Below the pieces are notes generated by a model, which ran no database searches, was not told where the DNA came from, and worked only from the letters and a program-made list of their open reading frames with translations. From Candidatus Nomurabacteria bacterium (GTDB taxonomy: Bacteria > Patescibacteriota > Minisyncoccia > Phycocordibacterales > UBA9973), in contig DAIEQH010000003.1 of NCBI GenBank assembly GCA_027347985.1, positions 1 to 33,593 on the forward strand: a stretch of DNA of 33,593 nt, written 5' to 3'. The translations under genes were made by a program, and so were the position numbers. Each line of letters begins with the position of its first letter. The stretch's first letter is position 1. Positions 1 through 8,345 of this stretch are shown piece by piece.

Positions 1-15
1 TGGTGTTGTAAAATT

Positions 16-1860
16 TTATTTTCCGTATAGCATATGCCCAGCAAGCATAAGATTATCTTTACCGATTAAATCGTCGACCAAAAGTGGCAATTCTACAATC
101 GGAGCGGTAAAACGTCTATCCATTTCCACTAGATATTTTTCTTGCATTGCTTTTCTCTTCCTTAGATAATCATTCGTAATAATTGATTTTGGCAGAATGA
201 AATTTGCCACAACAAGACTGGTAGGGACACCGATAGTTAGAAGTTCATCCATAGCCCGAGCCGCTTCTTCAATCGGAGTGGATTCAGGATACATCACGAA
301 ACTGAAAGTCGTTTGATTGATATCCTGTATCATATCAATGACTTCTTTGAAACGAGACTTGGTAATTTTATCAATTTCTGTTTCACCAGTTGAAGAAAAA
401 GTTTTGATTTCTATTTGCTTGCTCCAATCAACTGGCAATTCTAAAAGCCTCAATGTGTGTCCAGTCGGGGCGGTATCAAAGACGATAACTTCAAAATCTT
501 TTCGGGTGGCAAAATCAATAAACTTCTCGAAAGTAGCCATTTCTTCCGTGCAGGGCGAATTCAATTCTTCTTCAATAGCAATCACTCTTTGTTTGTCATA
601 TTTTTGTCTGGCCTCAACTAAAATTTTTTCTTTATATTCGGCAACCGCCTTAACTGGATCGATTCGACAAGCCCATAAACTTTTTTCACCATTGATTAAA
701 GTGGGCTGATCACTCACATCCTGCTCAAATATCTGGCTTAAGTGAGAAGCTGGGTCAGTTGTTAAAAGCAGAGTTTTATAACCTTGTTCGGCAATCCACA
801 AACCCGTTGCCGCCGCTACTGAAGTTTTTCCCACTCCTCCCTTGCCAGCAAAAAAGATTGTTCGTCTTTTATTGTTTTGAGGAATGAGTAATTGTTTTAT
901 TTTCTCATCAATTTTAGGAATATCGTCCAATGCAAATTTACTTTTATCTATAGTTATTTTTACTGGCTGATAATCTTTTAATTTAAGAGCTTGCTCGTGA
1001 AGTTTTTTGCCCATTTTTATTAATGATTTTTCACCCTTAATTTCGCCTGGTTCAAGCTCTATTAAAGTAATAGGGATAGAAAATTTGTTCTTTATAATTT
1101 CCAAAAACTCCTGCTGTTTGGCAAAACGCGCCAACATAAATGGATTATTGCAAACATCCTGAGGGTAAATGCCATTGATAATGAGTTCTTGTGAAGTAAT
1201 TTTAAGTTTAAGAAGTTCTGCTATTGAGCGTTCGGCTTCATAAATAGGGGTTACTTCAGGTCGTAGGACAAAAACGAATGTAGTTCTGGAAGTATCCCTC
1301 ATGGCTGCGATAGCTTGATCAAATTTAGCCTTTGACTCAGCCAGAGCAGCGGCTGGACCAATACAGGTTTCTCCACCGCCTTCTTTAGCGGCCTTTTCAA
1401 TAACACCACTCCATTCTACTGGCAACTCCAGAAGTCGCAGCGTATGTCCAGTCGGGGCAGTATCAAAAATCACTATTTCATATTCGGGTTTTTGTAAAAA
1501 GTCGGTAAAACGATCGAAGGCGGCCATTTCTGCCGTGCAAGGTGAATTCAATTGTTCTTCCAAAACCATAAAACTTTCTTCAGGAATCAAACCACGAAGC
1601 GGAGATAGCGTTCTTTCTTTATATTCAGCCGTAGCAACATCTGGGTCAAGTTCCATTGCAAAAAGATTTTCAGTTGTTTTAATTTTCGTAATCTTGTGAC
1701 CAATTTCTTGCTCAAAAACATCCGCTAAATTTGAAGCTGGGTCAGTGGTAACAATGAGAGTTTTTTTGCCAAGACCCGCGAAATATATCGCACTTGAAGC
1801 GGCCATTGTTGTTTTACCTACGCCGCCCTTACCTGAAAAGAAATAAAATTTCGTATTCAT
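16..1860 (-). CDS. arsA: Arsenite-stimulated ATPase ArsA (two nucleotide-binding domains)
   Basis: Two GKGGVGKT P-loops, two DTAPTGH signatures, and three Cys at metalloid-site-like positions (SPCTAE, ETCIGP, SPCTEE). ATG at 1860 is preferred because it lies just after the arsD stop. Confidence 0.95.
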   Translation of the reverse strand: MNTKFYFFSGKGGVGKTTMAASSAIYFAGLGKKTLIVTTDPASNLADVFEQEIGHKITKIKTTENLFAMELDPDVATAEYKERTLSPLRGLIPEESFMVLEEQLNSPCTAEMAAFDRFTDFLQKPEYEIVIFDTAPTGHTLRLLELPVEWSGVIEKAAKEGGGETCIGPAAALAESKAKFDQAIAAMRDTSRTTFVFVLRPEVTPIYEAERSIAELLKLKITSQELIINGIYPQDVCNNPFMLARFAKQQEFLEIIKNKFSIPITLIELEPGEIKGEKSLIKMGKKLHEQALKLKDYQPVKITIDKSKFALDDIPKIDEKIKQLLIPQNNKRRTIFFAGKGGVGKTSVAAATGLWIAEQGYKTLLLTTDPASHLSQIFEQDVSDQPTLINGEKSLWACRIDPVKAVAEYKEKILVEARQKYDKQRVIAIEEELNSPCTEEMATFEKFIDFATRKDFEVIVFDTAPTGHTLRLLELPVDWSKQIEIKTFSSTGETEIDKITKSRFKEVIDMIQDINQTTFSFVMYPESTPIEEAARAMDELLTIGVPTSLVVANFILPKSIITNDYLRKRKAMQEKYLVEMDRRFTAPIVELPLLVDDLIGKDNLMLAGHMLYGK

Positions 1861-1861
1861 A

Positions 1862-2170
1862 TTATTTTTTATTAATAAACTTTTTAAATTCTTCAAGCGT
1901 TGGATATGCGCTGGTTTTAACGATTTTTCCTTCGTAAGTTGTGATTGGCAATATTTTTAGTTGCTGTTCTTGGATTAGTTTTATAACCTTAGGATTTTCT
2001 TTGAATTTTTGTGGGCTTTGAGTGATAAGATAACGTTCAACCTCTATACCCAACTTTTTAACTTCCGCTAATGTGTCTTGTAAGCTAATAAGCGTTTGGT
2101 CTGGGTTAGGACCGCATACGCCAGTTGAACAACACATTGGTGGATCATAAATGACAATTTTTTTACTCAT
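1862..2170 (-). CDS. arsD: Arsenic metallochaperone ArsD
   Basis: N-terminal YDPPMCCSTGVCGP motif; adjacent to arsA. Confidence 0.95.
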   Translation of the reverse strand: MSKKIVIYDPPMCCSTGVCGPNPDQTLISLQDTLAEVKKLGIEVERYLITQSPQKFKENPKVIKLIQEQQLKILPITTYEGKIVKTSAYPTLEEFKKFINKK

Positions 2171-2191
2171 ATTGTTTGTTTAAATTAATGC

Positions 2192-2494
2192 TTAGCATTT
2201 TAATTTCTTTTCTTTTGTTATAATAATTTTTGTCAATAATTTATTTAATTCTTTTATCCTTTCTCTGTTAAGCGAATAATAAATCCATTTGCCTTCTCTG
2301 CGGTTTACGATCAAACCACCTTGCCGTAAAATTCCCAAATGGTGCGACACTAGATTTTGCGGAAGTTTTAATTCTTCGAATATTTCACAAACACATTTAT
2401 CTCCCGAAGCCAGAAATAGAACAATCCCAAGCCTTGTATTGTCGCTCAAGGCTTTTAACGGTTCCAGGAAAGTTTTTTGTTTCTTATTGTTCAT
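2192..2494 (-). CDS. arsR: ArsR/SmtB family metalloregulator
   Basis: KALSDNTRL, CVCEI metal box, VSHHLGILRQGGLI..RREGKWIYYSL winged helix. Confidence 0.93.
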   Translation of the reverse strand: MNNKKQKTFLEPLKALSDNTRLGIVLFLASGDKCVCEIFEELKLPQNLVSHHLGILRQGGLIVNRREGKWIYYSLNRERIKELNKLLTKIIITKEKKLKC

Positions 2495-2502
2495 AACAAC
2501 AC

Positions 2503-2547
2503 ATCAAATTATATTGATATGATATCATGTGGAAAGTAGATTGTAAA
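2503..2547 (-). promoter_or_regulatory. ars promoter and ArsR-type operator
   Basis: Minus strand TTTACA (2547-2542), 17-nt spacer, TATCAT (2524-2519) with extended TG. The palindrome ATCAA-N6-TTGAT at 2503-2518 covers the expected start site. Confidence 0.75.
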
Positions 2548-2562
2548 GAAGTATTTTAATTT

Positions 2563-3894
2563 TTATGGGTTAAGCGATATTTTCTTATTATTCAACAATA
2601 TTCTACTTTTTAAGCATCCCAATAATTCTCTCTTCTGAATATCTTCTCCCTCCTGTAATACATACTTAGCATAACTCCGTATATCGACACCAGATATATT
2701 CACCTTCTCTTTGGTACCCAGAAAAAATTTCTGCATTTTAGTAAATTTCTCAACATCAGCCTTAATTTTTTGTTTGATTTCAATTTCGTTGATATTAAGA
2801 TTTTCTATTAGATTTTCAAACTGTTTAATTAATTCTTTTTCTTCAATGTAGCCACATTTACAATTACCGTCTTTCGCTTTACTACAACCATAGTAGACAT
2901 AACGATGAGTGTTTCCATTTTTATGCTTCTTAAACTTCTCGCAAGCCGAAATGCCAGAATCACATAAACCACAAGCCATCATTTTGGTAAAGGCAAATTC
3001 TTTTCCTTCGGATCTCAAGATCTGGCTTTTAACTTGTTCTTGTACTAAATCGTAAAGTTCTTTAGTAATGATCGGTTCATGTTTGCCTGTGTACCAATTA
3101 CCACTGTTTCTGGGATATTCAAAAATTCCATAGTAAAAAGTATTACTCAATGTTCTATATAAATTACCCAAGCTAAGATGTTTCTTACCGGCGGCCGTTT
3201 TGAAATTGAGGTCAAATCTTAGCCAGTTGTAAACCTTCCTACCACTCCATTTTTCGTAAGCAACTTTCTCAAAGATTTTTTTGATAATGTGACCTCTCTC
3301 GGGATCTATAATTACCTGACACTTCCTATCCATCATTTTTTGATTTAAATATCCGGTTGGAGCTACGCCAGGCCATAGTCCCATTTCAACTCGGGTGCGT
3401 AATCCTCTTTTTACATTCACGCTTTTATTATCATTTTCTAGTTTAGCTTGCGAACAGAGAATCATCAAAAGAAACTTTTCATTTGGTGAATTTTTAAAGT
3501 GCTGTCCGTAAGTGCGAATCTCCATTAATAACTTTTGATCCATGAGGTCAACAATACTTCCTAAATCGCCAGCGTTTCTACTTAATCTATCGGGTGCCCA
3601 GGTCAGAATTCCATTAAATCTTCCTCGTCGTATATCTTCAAGAATTTCTTTGTAAACAGGTCGTTGCCCTGACTCTTTTGCCGAGTGAGATTCTCGCCTA
3701 ATTTCTACAACTTCCAATCCTTCTCTTTCAGCCATGCTAAGCATTTCTTTGATCTGGGAATCAATAGACAAAACTTGGCGTTCTTCTGATTCAGTACTTT
3801 TTCGTGCATACAAAACGTATTTAATTTTTATAGTTGGAGCAATAGCCATAGTGCCTATCAATCCAACATCTGCTTGTTTTTCCATGCCCGTCAC
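2563..3894 (-). CDS. Large serine recombinase (resolvase, recombinase and zinc-ribbon domains)
   Basis: YARKS catalytic motif, ESHSAK, DRLSRN, PTGY, HEPII, CGLC...YYGC..C. The start may be the ATG at 3885. Confidence 0.93.
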   Translation of the reverse strand: MTGMEKQADVGLIGTMAIAPTIKIKYVLYARKSTESEERQVLSIDSQIKEMLSMAEREGLEVVEIRRESHSAKESGQRPVYKEILEDIRRGRFNGILTWAPDRLSRNAGDLGSIVDLMDQKLLMEIRTYGQHFKNSPNEKFLLMILCSQAKLENDNKSVNVKRGLRTRVEMGLWPGVAPTGYLNQKMMDRKCQVIIDPERGHIIKKIFEKVAYEKWSGRKVYNWLRFDLNFKTAAGKKHLSLGNLYRTLSNTFYYGIFEYPRNSGNWYTGKHEPIITKELYDLVQEQVKSQILRSEGKEFAFTKMMACGLCDSGISACEKFKKHKNGNTHRYVYYGCSKAKDGNCKCGYIEEKELIKQFENLIENLNINEIEIKQKIKADVEKFTKMQKFFLGTKEKVNISGVDIRSYAKYVLQEGEDIQKRELLGCLKSRILLNNKKISLNP

Positions 3895-4078
3895 GATATC
3901 AGACTGGTTGGGTAAGTAAAGCTAGCATCGTTGGCAACGTGTTGGTAACTTTCCTTAACAAAATAGCTAGTCTGCGATAGGGTTGGGTTGGAATAATAGC
4001 TTAAAAAGTGCTATTATTTCTTTACAAATTAATATTATTCAAAAGGCCTAACCCCTTGGAATTTCTGAGGATATGGTC

Positions 4079-4223
4079 TAAAAACTCGCTACAAGATAAA
4101 GAACCCTTCGTCAGGGTACTTGTAGCGAGTCATAATCGGAAACGGTTATGGGTGGGTCGCAAGATCCATCGCCCGGCGGAGGGCTCTTTGTCTATCTGCT
4201 AGGGTATTAAAAACTCGCTACAA
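4079..4223 (+). ncRNA. Candidate structured RNA (cis-regulatory leader or small RNA), family not recognised
   Basis: Long stem 4095-4117/4171-4192 encloses two abutting 8-bp hairpins with GAAA and GCAA tetraloops. Several G-U pairs work only on the + strand. Confidence 0.7.
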
Positions 4224-4226
4224 AAT

Positions 4227-4817
4227 ATGTATAAAAGAATTCCAGTGATAAAACTCACTGGAACTGAACAATTCAAGAATGTAGGAAACAAAAATTTCTC
4301 TGTACTTGAGTTTTGGCGTTATGGATTTTCAAATCTTAATTCAAATGTTCTACGGGGAGCGCTAGCAGAATTTATTGTAGAAAATGCCTTAAGAAAAAAT
4401 AATGAAATTGATATTCGTAACCCATGGGGCGACTCGGATGTAATTTCTCCAAACGGAAAAAAGATTGAAGTGAAATGCTGTTCGTATATTCAGGATTGGG
4501 ATCAAAATGATTTTTCAAAAATTCTTTGGAGTGGTCTTAAAGCTAAGAGTTTATACTGGTCATCAGCAGTTAGTGCTTTTCCAAGAAGTCCTGCTGATTT
4601 TAAATCAGATATTTATGTACTGGCTCTTTTCAAGCACCAAGATCATACGACGCTCGATATACTTGATATGGACCAGTGGTGTTTTTGGGTACTGGCGAAA
4701 GAAAAAATAAAAGAGATAACAAAAAATGGGAACAGTATATCGCTTGTTAAACTTCAAAAATTTAATCTCGAGCCAATATCTTTTAATCTTCTATCAGAGG
4801 CTATATTGAGCATCTAA
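4227..4817 (+). CDS. Hypothetical protein, probable PD-(D/E)XK restriction-endonuclease-like fold
   Basis: RGALAEFIV helix followed by WGDSDV-ISPNGKK-IEVK. Confidence 0.6.
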   Translation: MYKRIPVIKLTGTEQFKNVGNKNFSVLEFWRYGFSNLNSNVLRGALAEFIVENALRKNNEIDIRNPWGDSDVISPNGKKIEVKCCSYIQDWDQNDFSKILWSGLKAKSLYWSSAVSAFPRSPADFKSDIYVLALFKHQDHTTLDILDMDQWCFWVLAKEKIKEITKNGNSISLVKLQKFNLEPISFNLLSEAILSI

Positions 4818-4822
4818 TTATT

Positions 4823-6274
4823 TTATAGTGCGTCAAATCTTGGTCCTTTAAATACAATTCCTCTGGCACCCCTACGACAATCTTTTTCTGCAATCTTTCC
4901 AAGAAGCAAAGAAAAAGCGTCAGCTAGGTCATCATGTTTTTCAATGCCAAAATTAAGTAATTGTTGGATAAGTATTTCCGCTCCTTTTTTGGGAAACAAT
5001 ACTTTTCCAGACTCTACCAGAAAACTAATAGATGTCAGTCGTCCGTACTTGTCATTGATAGATCGTACTCCCTCAGCAAGGTAATTTTGATGTTTAAGGT
5101 GATTTACAAAGGAAATTTGAAAACCGTTATCTTCAATAAAAAGCTTACTTCGACCAAGCGAAGCCGATATGGCTTTTGCTTGTTCAAGTATCTCCTGTGT
5201 TGTAAGTCTTTTGTTAATAATGTTGGGTAGAATATATACTCGTAGGTTCTCTCCGCGACTGCATACCTTAGCTGAAACCATGGCCGTATAATCTGCGTGG
5301 TCTTTAAGAGAAATGGCTAAATCAATACCAGTAGCGTAATAGCTATGAAAGCTATCGGGTGGTAGTAAATCATAATACTGGATCCATTCTCGTTTTATGG
5401 GTTGGTCTTCATTGCTGACGATATTAAGAAGGTATTCGCGTTGCCAAGCAATTTCATTTCCTGCTTTTCGTTTTTCTCTTTCAATATCTTCCATTGTAGG
5501 ATATTTACCGGGCCACAAGATTTGACCGTCTTTGATAAGCGAATACTCCTTAAAAATTCCATCTATCATTTTATTTTCAATATTTTCCTTGATACGCATG
5601 AGTAACGAATCTTCATGTAGGAGATTCCCGGCAATAACAAATCTGGTATTTTTCTGACCGATAGGGATAACTTCTCCGGTCCACCACTCGTAGGTTTTGT
5701 TCCTGCCTTCCCGTGTTCTTGTGGATTCTATATTTTCCAGATCGTCTCCAATCACCAGATCAGGGCGGTGTTGATTGTGTCTCATTCCACGAATACTCTG
5801 CTCGGAAGAAGCGGCGGTAATTCGGGCGTTTAATTTTGAAAACACTAAAGTCGAGGAACCCCATTCGTTAGACACCTCGCGAAATGGTCCAAGGTCATTC
5901 TTAAGAAGCACATTACTTTCAAGTTCGTTACGCAAGCTCATCATGAATTGTTTTGCTTGAGCCTGGGTTTGAGCAAGAATGAGGACGAATTTTTTCTGTT
6001 GTTTCCCGAGGATTGCCCAAATGGGGTAGGAGGTAGTCAGAATAGTAGATTTACTACTGCCACGGAAACTTACAATATAGAAGTTTCCAAGACTTTCGTT
6101 TTGGGTAAGATTGAATATTTCGTTGTGAAATAGAGCTGTCGGAGATGTGACATAATGGGCGAAATAGAAGTGAAAGAAATACCAGTGGCTATCTTTAGTT
6201 ATCGCCGTTCTTACTTTTTTGTCCTTTAGCATTTTTTCCACTAATTTTTGCTGAATCATTTGAATTGTTTTCAT
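4823..6274 (-). CDS. Phage terminase large subunit-like protein
   Basis: Walker A variant SFRGSSKST, Walker B LVIGDDLE, WQREY linker, RNase H-like GIDLA...HDDLADA. ATG 6274 is preferred over the track start at 6331. Confidence 0.88.
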   Translation of the reverse strand: MKTIQMIQQKLVEKMLKDKKVRTAITKDSHWYFFHFYFAHYVTSPTALFHNEIFNLTQNESLGNFYIVSFRGSSKSTILTTSYPIWAILGKQQKKFVLILAQTQAQAKQFMMSLRNELESNVLLKNDLGPFREVSNEWGSSTLVFSKLNARITAASSEQSIRGMRHNQHRPDLVIGDDLENIESTRTREGRNKTYEWWTGEVIPIGQKNTRFVIAGNLLHEDSLLMRIKENIENKMIDGIFKEYSLIKDGQILWPGKYPTMEDIEREKRKAGNEIAWQREYLLNIVSNEDQPIKREWIQYYDLLPPDSFHSYYATGIDLAISLKDHADYTAMVSAKVCSRGENLRVYILPNIINKRLTTQEILEQAKAISASLGRSKLFIEDNGFQISFVNHLKHQNYLAEGVRSINDKYGRLTSISFLVESGKVLFPKKGAEILIQQLLNFGIEKHDDLADAFSLLLGKIAEKDCRRGARGIVFKGPRFDAL

Positions 6275-6665
6275 ATTTATTTTGATTATCGCTAATAATA
6301 GTTGTGCCAAGTCTAAGGGCTTCACGCACAATTTTCTTTTGTTCAGGGGTTAATTCTTCCGTATCTTCCTTGGTGGTAATTTCTATCGTATTTTTGTAAT
6401 TGTCATTTCGATGTTTTAACCAGAAGCTGATGGCGGGGTAATTTTTTTCCTTAATAAGGGTTAATAACTGGCTCTCGCTCATGTCGTTTACCAGAGCGAC
6501 ACCGTCAACCAAAGCCTGATCCATTTCTTTAGAAAATTTAGGATCCTCTTTTTTCCAACGGTAAACACTATTTCTAGATACTCCGGTTTTTTCACAGGCA
6601 ACTTGCACGATTGGAACTTTTCTGAGTTCCGCGAAGAAACCATCTTGTAATTTATTTTTCTTCAT
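6195..6665 (-). CDS. HTH protein, probable terminase small subunit-like
   Basis: ACEKTGVSRNSVYRWKKEDPKF HTH and AISFWLK motif; lies directly upstream of terL. Confidence 0.7.
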   Translation of the reverse strand: MKKNKLQDGFFAELRKVPIVQVACEKTGVSRNSVYRWKKEDPKFSKEMDQALVDGVALVNDMSESQLLTLIKEKNYPAISFWLKHRNDNYKNTIEITTKEDTEELTPEQKKIVREALRLGTTIISDNQNKYENNSNDSAKISGKNAKGQKSKNGDN

Positions 6666-7935
6666 GGATTATTTTTACTTTATTACCAGTAAGCTTCTCG
6701 TACCGACGAATCACGAGATCGCAAAATATTGGCTCAAGTTCTATTCCATACACACGGCGATTAAGTTGTTCTCCGGCAACGAGTGTACTACCGGAACCAA
6801 GAAAACTGTCGAGAATAATTTCGCCAAGCCTGGTACAACGACGAATGGCCTTGTTGTGAAGTTGGGGAGGTTTTGAAGTTGCATGCTGTTCTTGATTTTT
6901 ACCAGATAGGCGTTTTTCCATCCATACACTTAAATGGTCGGATGCTTCATCTAGAAGATTGTTGCCGGTGGTCATTTCTTTATTCATAACCTCGTTCAGA
7001 TTTTGAATATTGGGAGCAATATACGGTCGTCCGCGAATTCCATAGGTGCATGGCTCATAACACTTGTTAAATGCAACCGTAGGAACAGGGTTCTGAGAAT
7101 TTTTTAACCATAAGCACACACGTTTGTTTTCAATACCAAGTTCACGGTAAAGTTCTTGGATTAATCCGATAAAAATTTGATCCGACCAGTAGAATATATG
7201 TGTATCTTTTTTGGCTACCAGAAGAGCGTTCACCATGCTTTTACGTAGAAATTCCTTGTAAGCCTTGTCTGTTCGATTGTCTATAACATTTCCACCGTAC
7301 TGTGCTTTTCCACCGATGCCTCCATTGTAATCGAGTGAAATATTATACGGCGGATCGTTATATATCATGGAAACTTTTTCATTTCCAAGCAGTCTTTTGA
7401 GAGCCAGTGGATCTTCAGCACTACCGCAAATTAATTTATGCGGACCCATAATAATCAGGTCGCCTAGTTTAGTTTTTGGAATCTTGATTTTGGCAAGCTC
7501 GGCTTTTTCGTCAAAATCATCATCTTCCGCTTCCAAATTTTCAGTCCATAATTTTGACAGATCAGCATCAGGAAAACCAACATCGCTTAATAGGTCCATT
7601 TGAAAAGATTTTAATTTCTCAAAGTCCCATTCGCCGTCGTTTAAATTACTTTCTAGAGCAATTTTTTCTCGTTCTTCATTGGAAAGTCTACGGTTAGGGG
7701 TAAGCACATTCACTTCCGTAATTCCGAGTTTAGTGAGAGCGGCCTTGCGTTGATTGCCGGACAAAATAGTATTGTCCTGGTCGACTACAATCACACTGTG
7801 AAAACCACGATCCTTAATTCGTTCCATTAATTGAGATAATTTCGCTTTTCCAATCTTGCGTGGGTTTTCTTTCCATACCTTCAAATCTTTAACTTTTTTA
7901 ACTCCCGAACTCCACACCAATTTTATTTTAGACAT
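6652..7935 (-). CDS. ParB-like N-terminal domain fused to N6-adenine/N4-cytosine DNA methyltransferase
   Basis: NPRK..VDQDNTILSGNQR ParB/Srx-like region; DPPY motif IV precedes DSFLGSGST motif I (beta order); HATSKP. Confidence 0.9.
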   Translation of the reverse strand: MSKIKLVWSSGVKKVKDLKVWKENPRKIGKAKLSQLMERIKDRGFHSVIVVDQDNTILSGNQRKAALTKLGITEVNVLTPNRRLSNEEREKIALESNLNDGEWDFEKLKSFQMDLLSDVGFPDADLSKLWTENLEAEDDDFDEKAELAKIKIPKTKLGDLIIMGPHKLICGSAEDPLALKRLLGNEKVSMIYNDPPYNISLDYNGGIGGKAQYGGNVIDNRTDKAYKEFLRKSMVNALLVAKKDTHIFYWSDQIFIGLIQELYRELGIENKRVCLWLKNSQNPVPTVAFNKCYEPCTYGIRGRPYIAPNIQNLNEVMNKEMTTGNNLLDEASDHLSVWMEKRLSGKNQEQHATSKPPQLHNKAIRRCTRLGEIILDSFLGSGSTLVAGEQLNRRVYGIELEPIFCDLVIRRYEKLTGNKVKIIHEEK

Positions 7936-8345
7936 AATTTTTTGCTGTTAAACTAATAAAAGCACCTCCAATTCTAAAATGGTTTAATGCTTTTAAAAAT
8001 TCAGCAACAAAAAAAAGACTGAATCAAAAAAACATAAAGCCAATTTAGTTAGGTTTACATTTCCTTAATCCAATCTTCTTTCGACACAATAGTATTTTGA
8101 GACAGTGCTCGATCTATTGTGTCGCAGTTGTTTTGATTAGACCTAAATTAATTAACCATTTATACTTTTGAATGAGTATGGTTGCCCAGCACTTTAGATC
8201 AATTAATTTTGGAATATTTTAAGTTAAAAAGGTACTAACCTAATAATATCACGTAGTAAAAAGGAGTCAACCGACTGTGGAATTAATCATATGTGGTTAC
8301 ACAATAAAGAGTGGAAAAATCAAGGGAAAATGATAAAATAATCTT

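Noticed and set aside
4065-4145. CTGAGGA resembling the hammerhead CUGANGA core
   Set aside because: No stem II followed by GAAA in the required position; the nearby GAAA is a hairpin tetraloop.
4008-4202. 64-aa ORF across the structured region
   Set aside because: GTG start and no protein-like features; the sequence is better explained by base pairing, although a leader peptide cannot be excluded.
4079-4223. Mini CRISPR array or tRNA
   Set aside because: Only two 16-bp repeats 113 bp apart and no cas genes; no T-loop, anticodon arm or acceptor stem pattern.
4823-7935. Complete prophage
   Set aside because: No portal, capsid, tail, lysis or replication genes recognisable in the window.
7963-7969. 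GGAGGTG Shine-Dalgarno-like sequence upstream of the MTase
   Set aside because: About 27 nt from the ATG, and the GTG within it runs into a stop after five codons.
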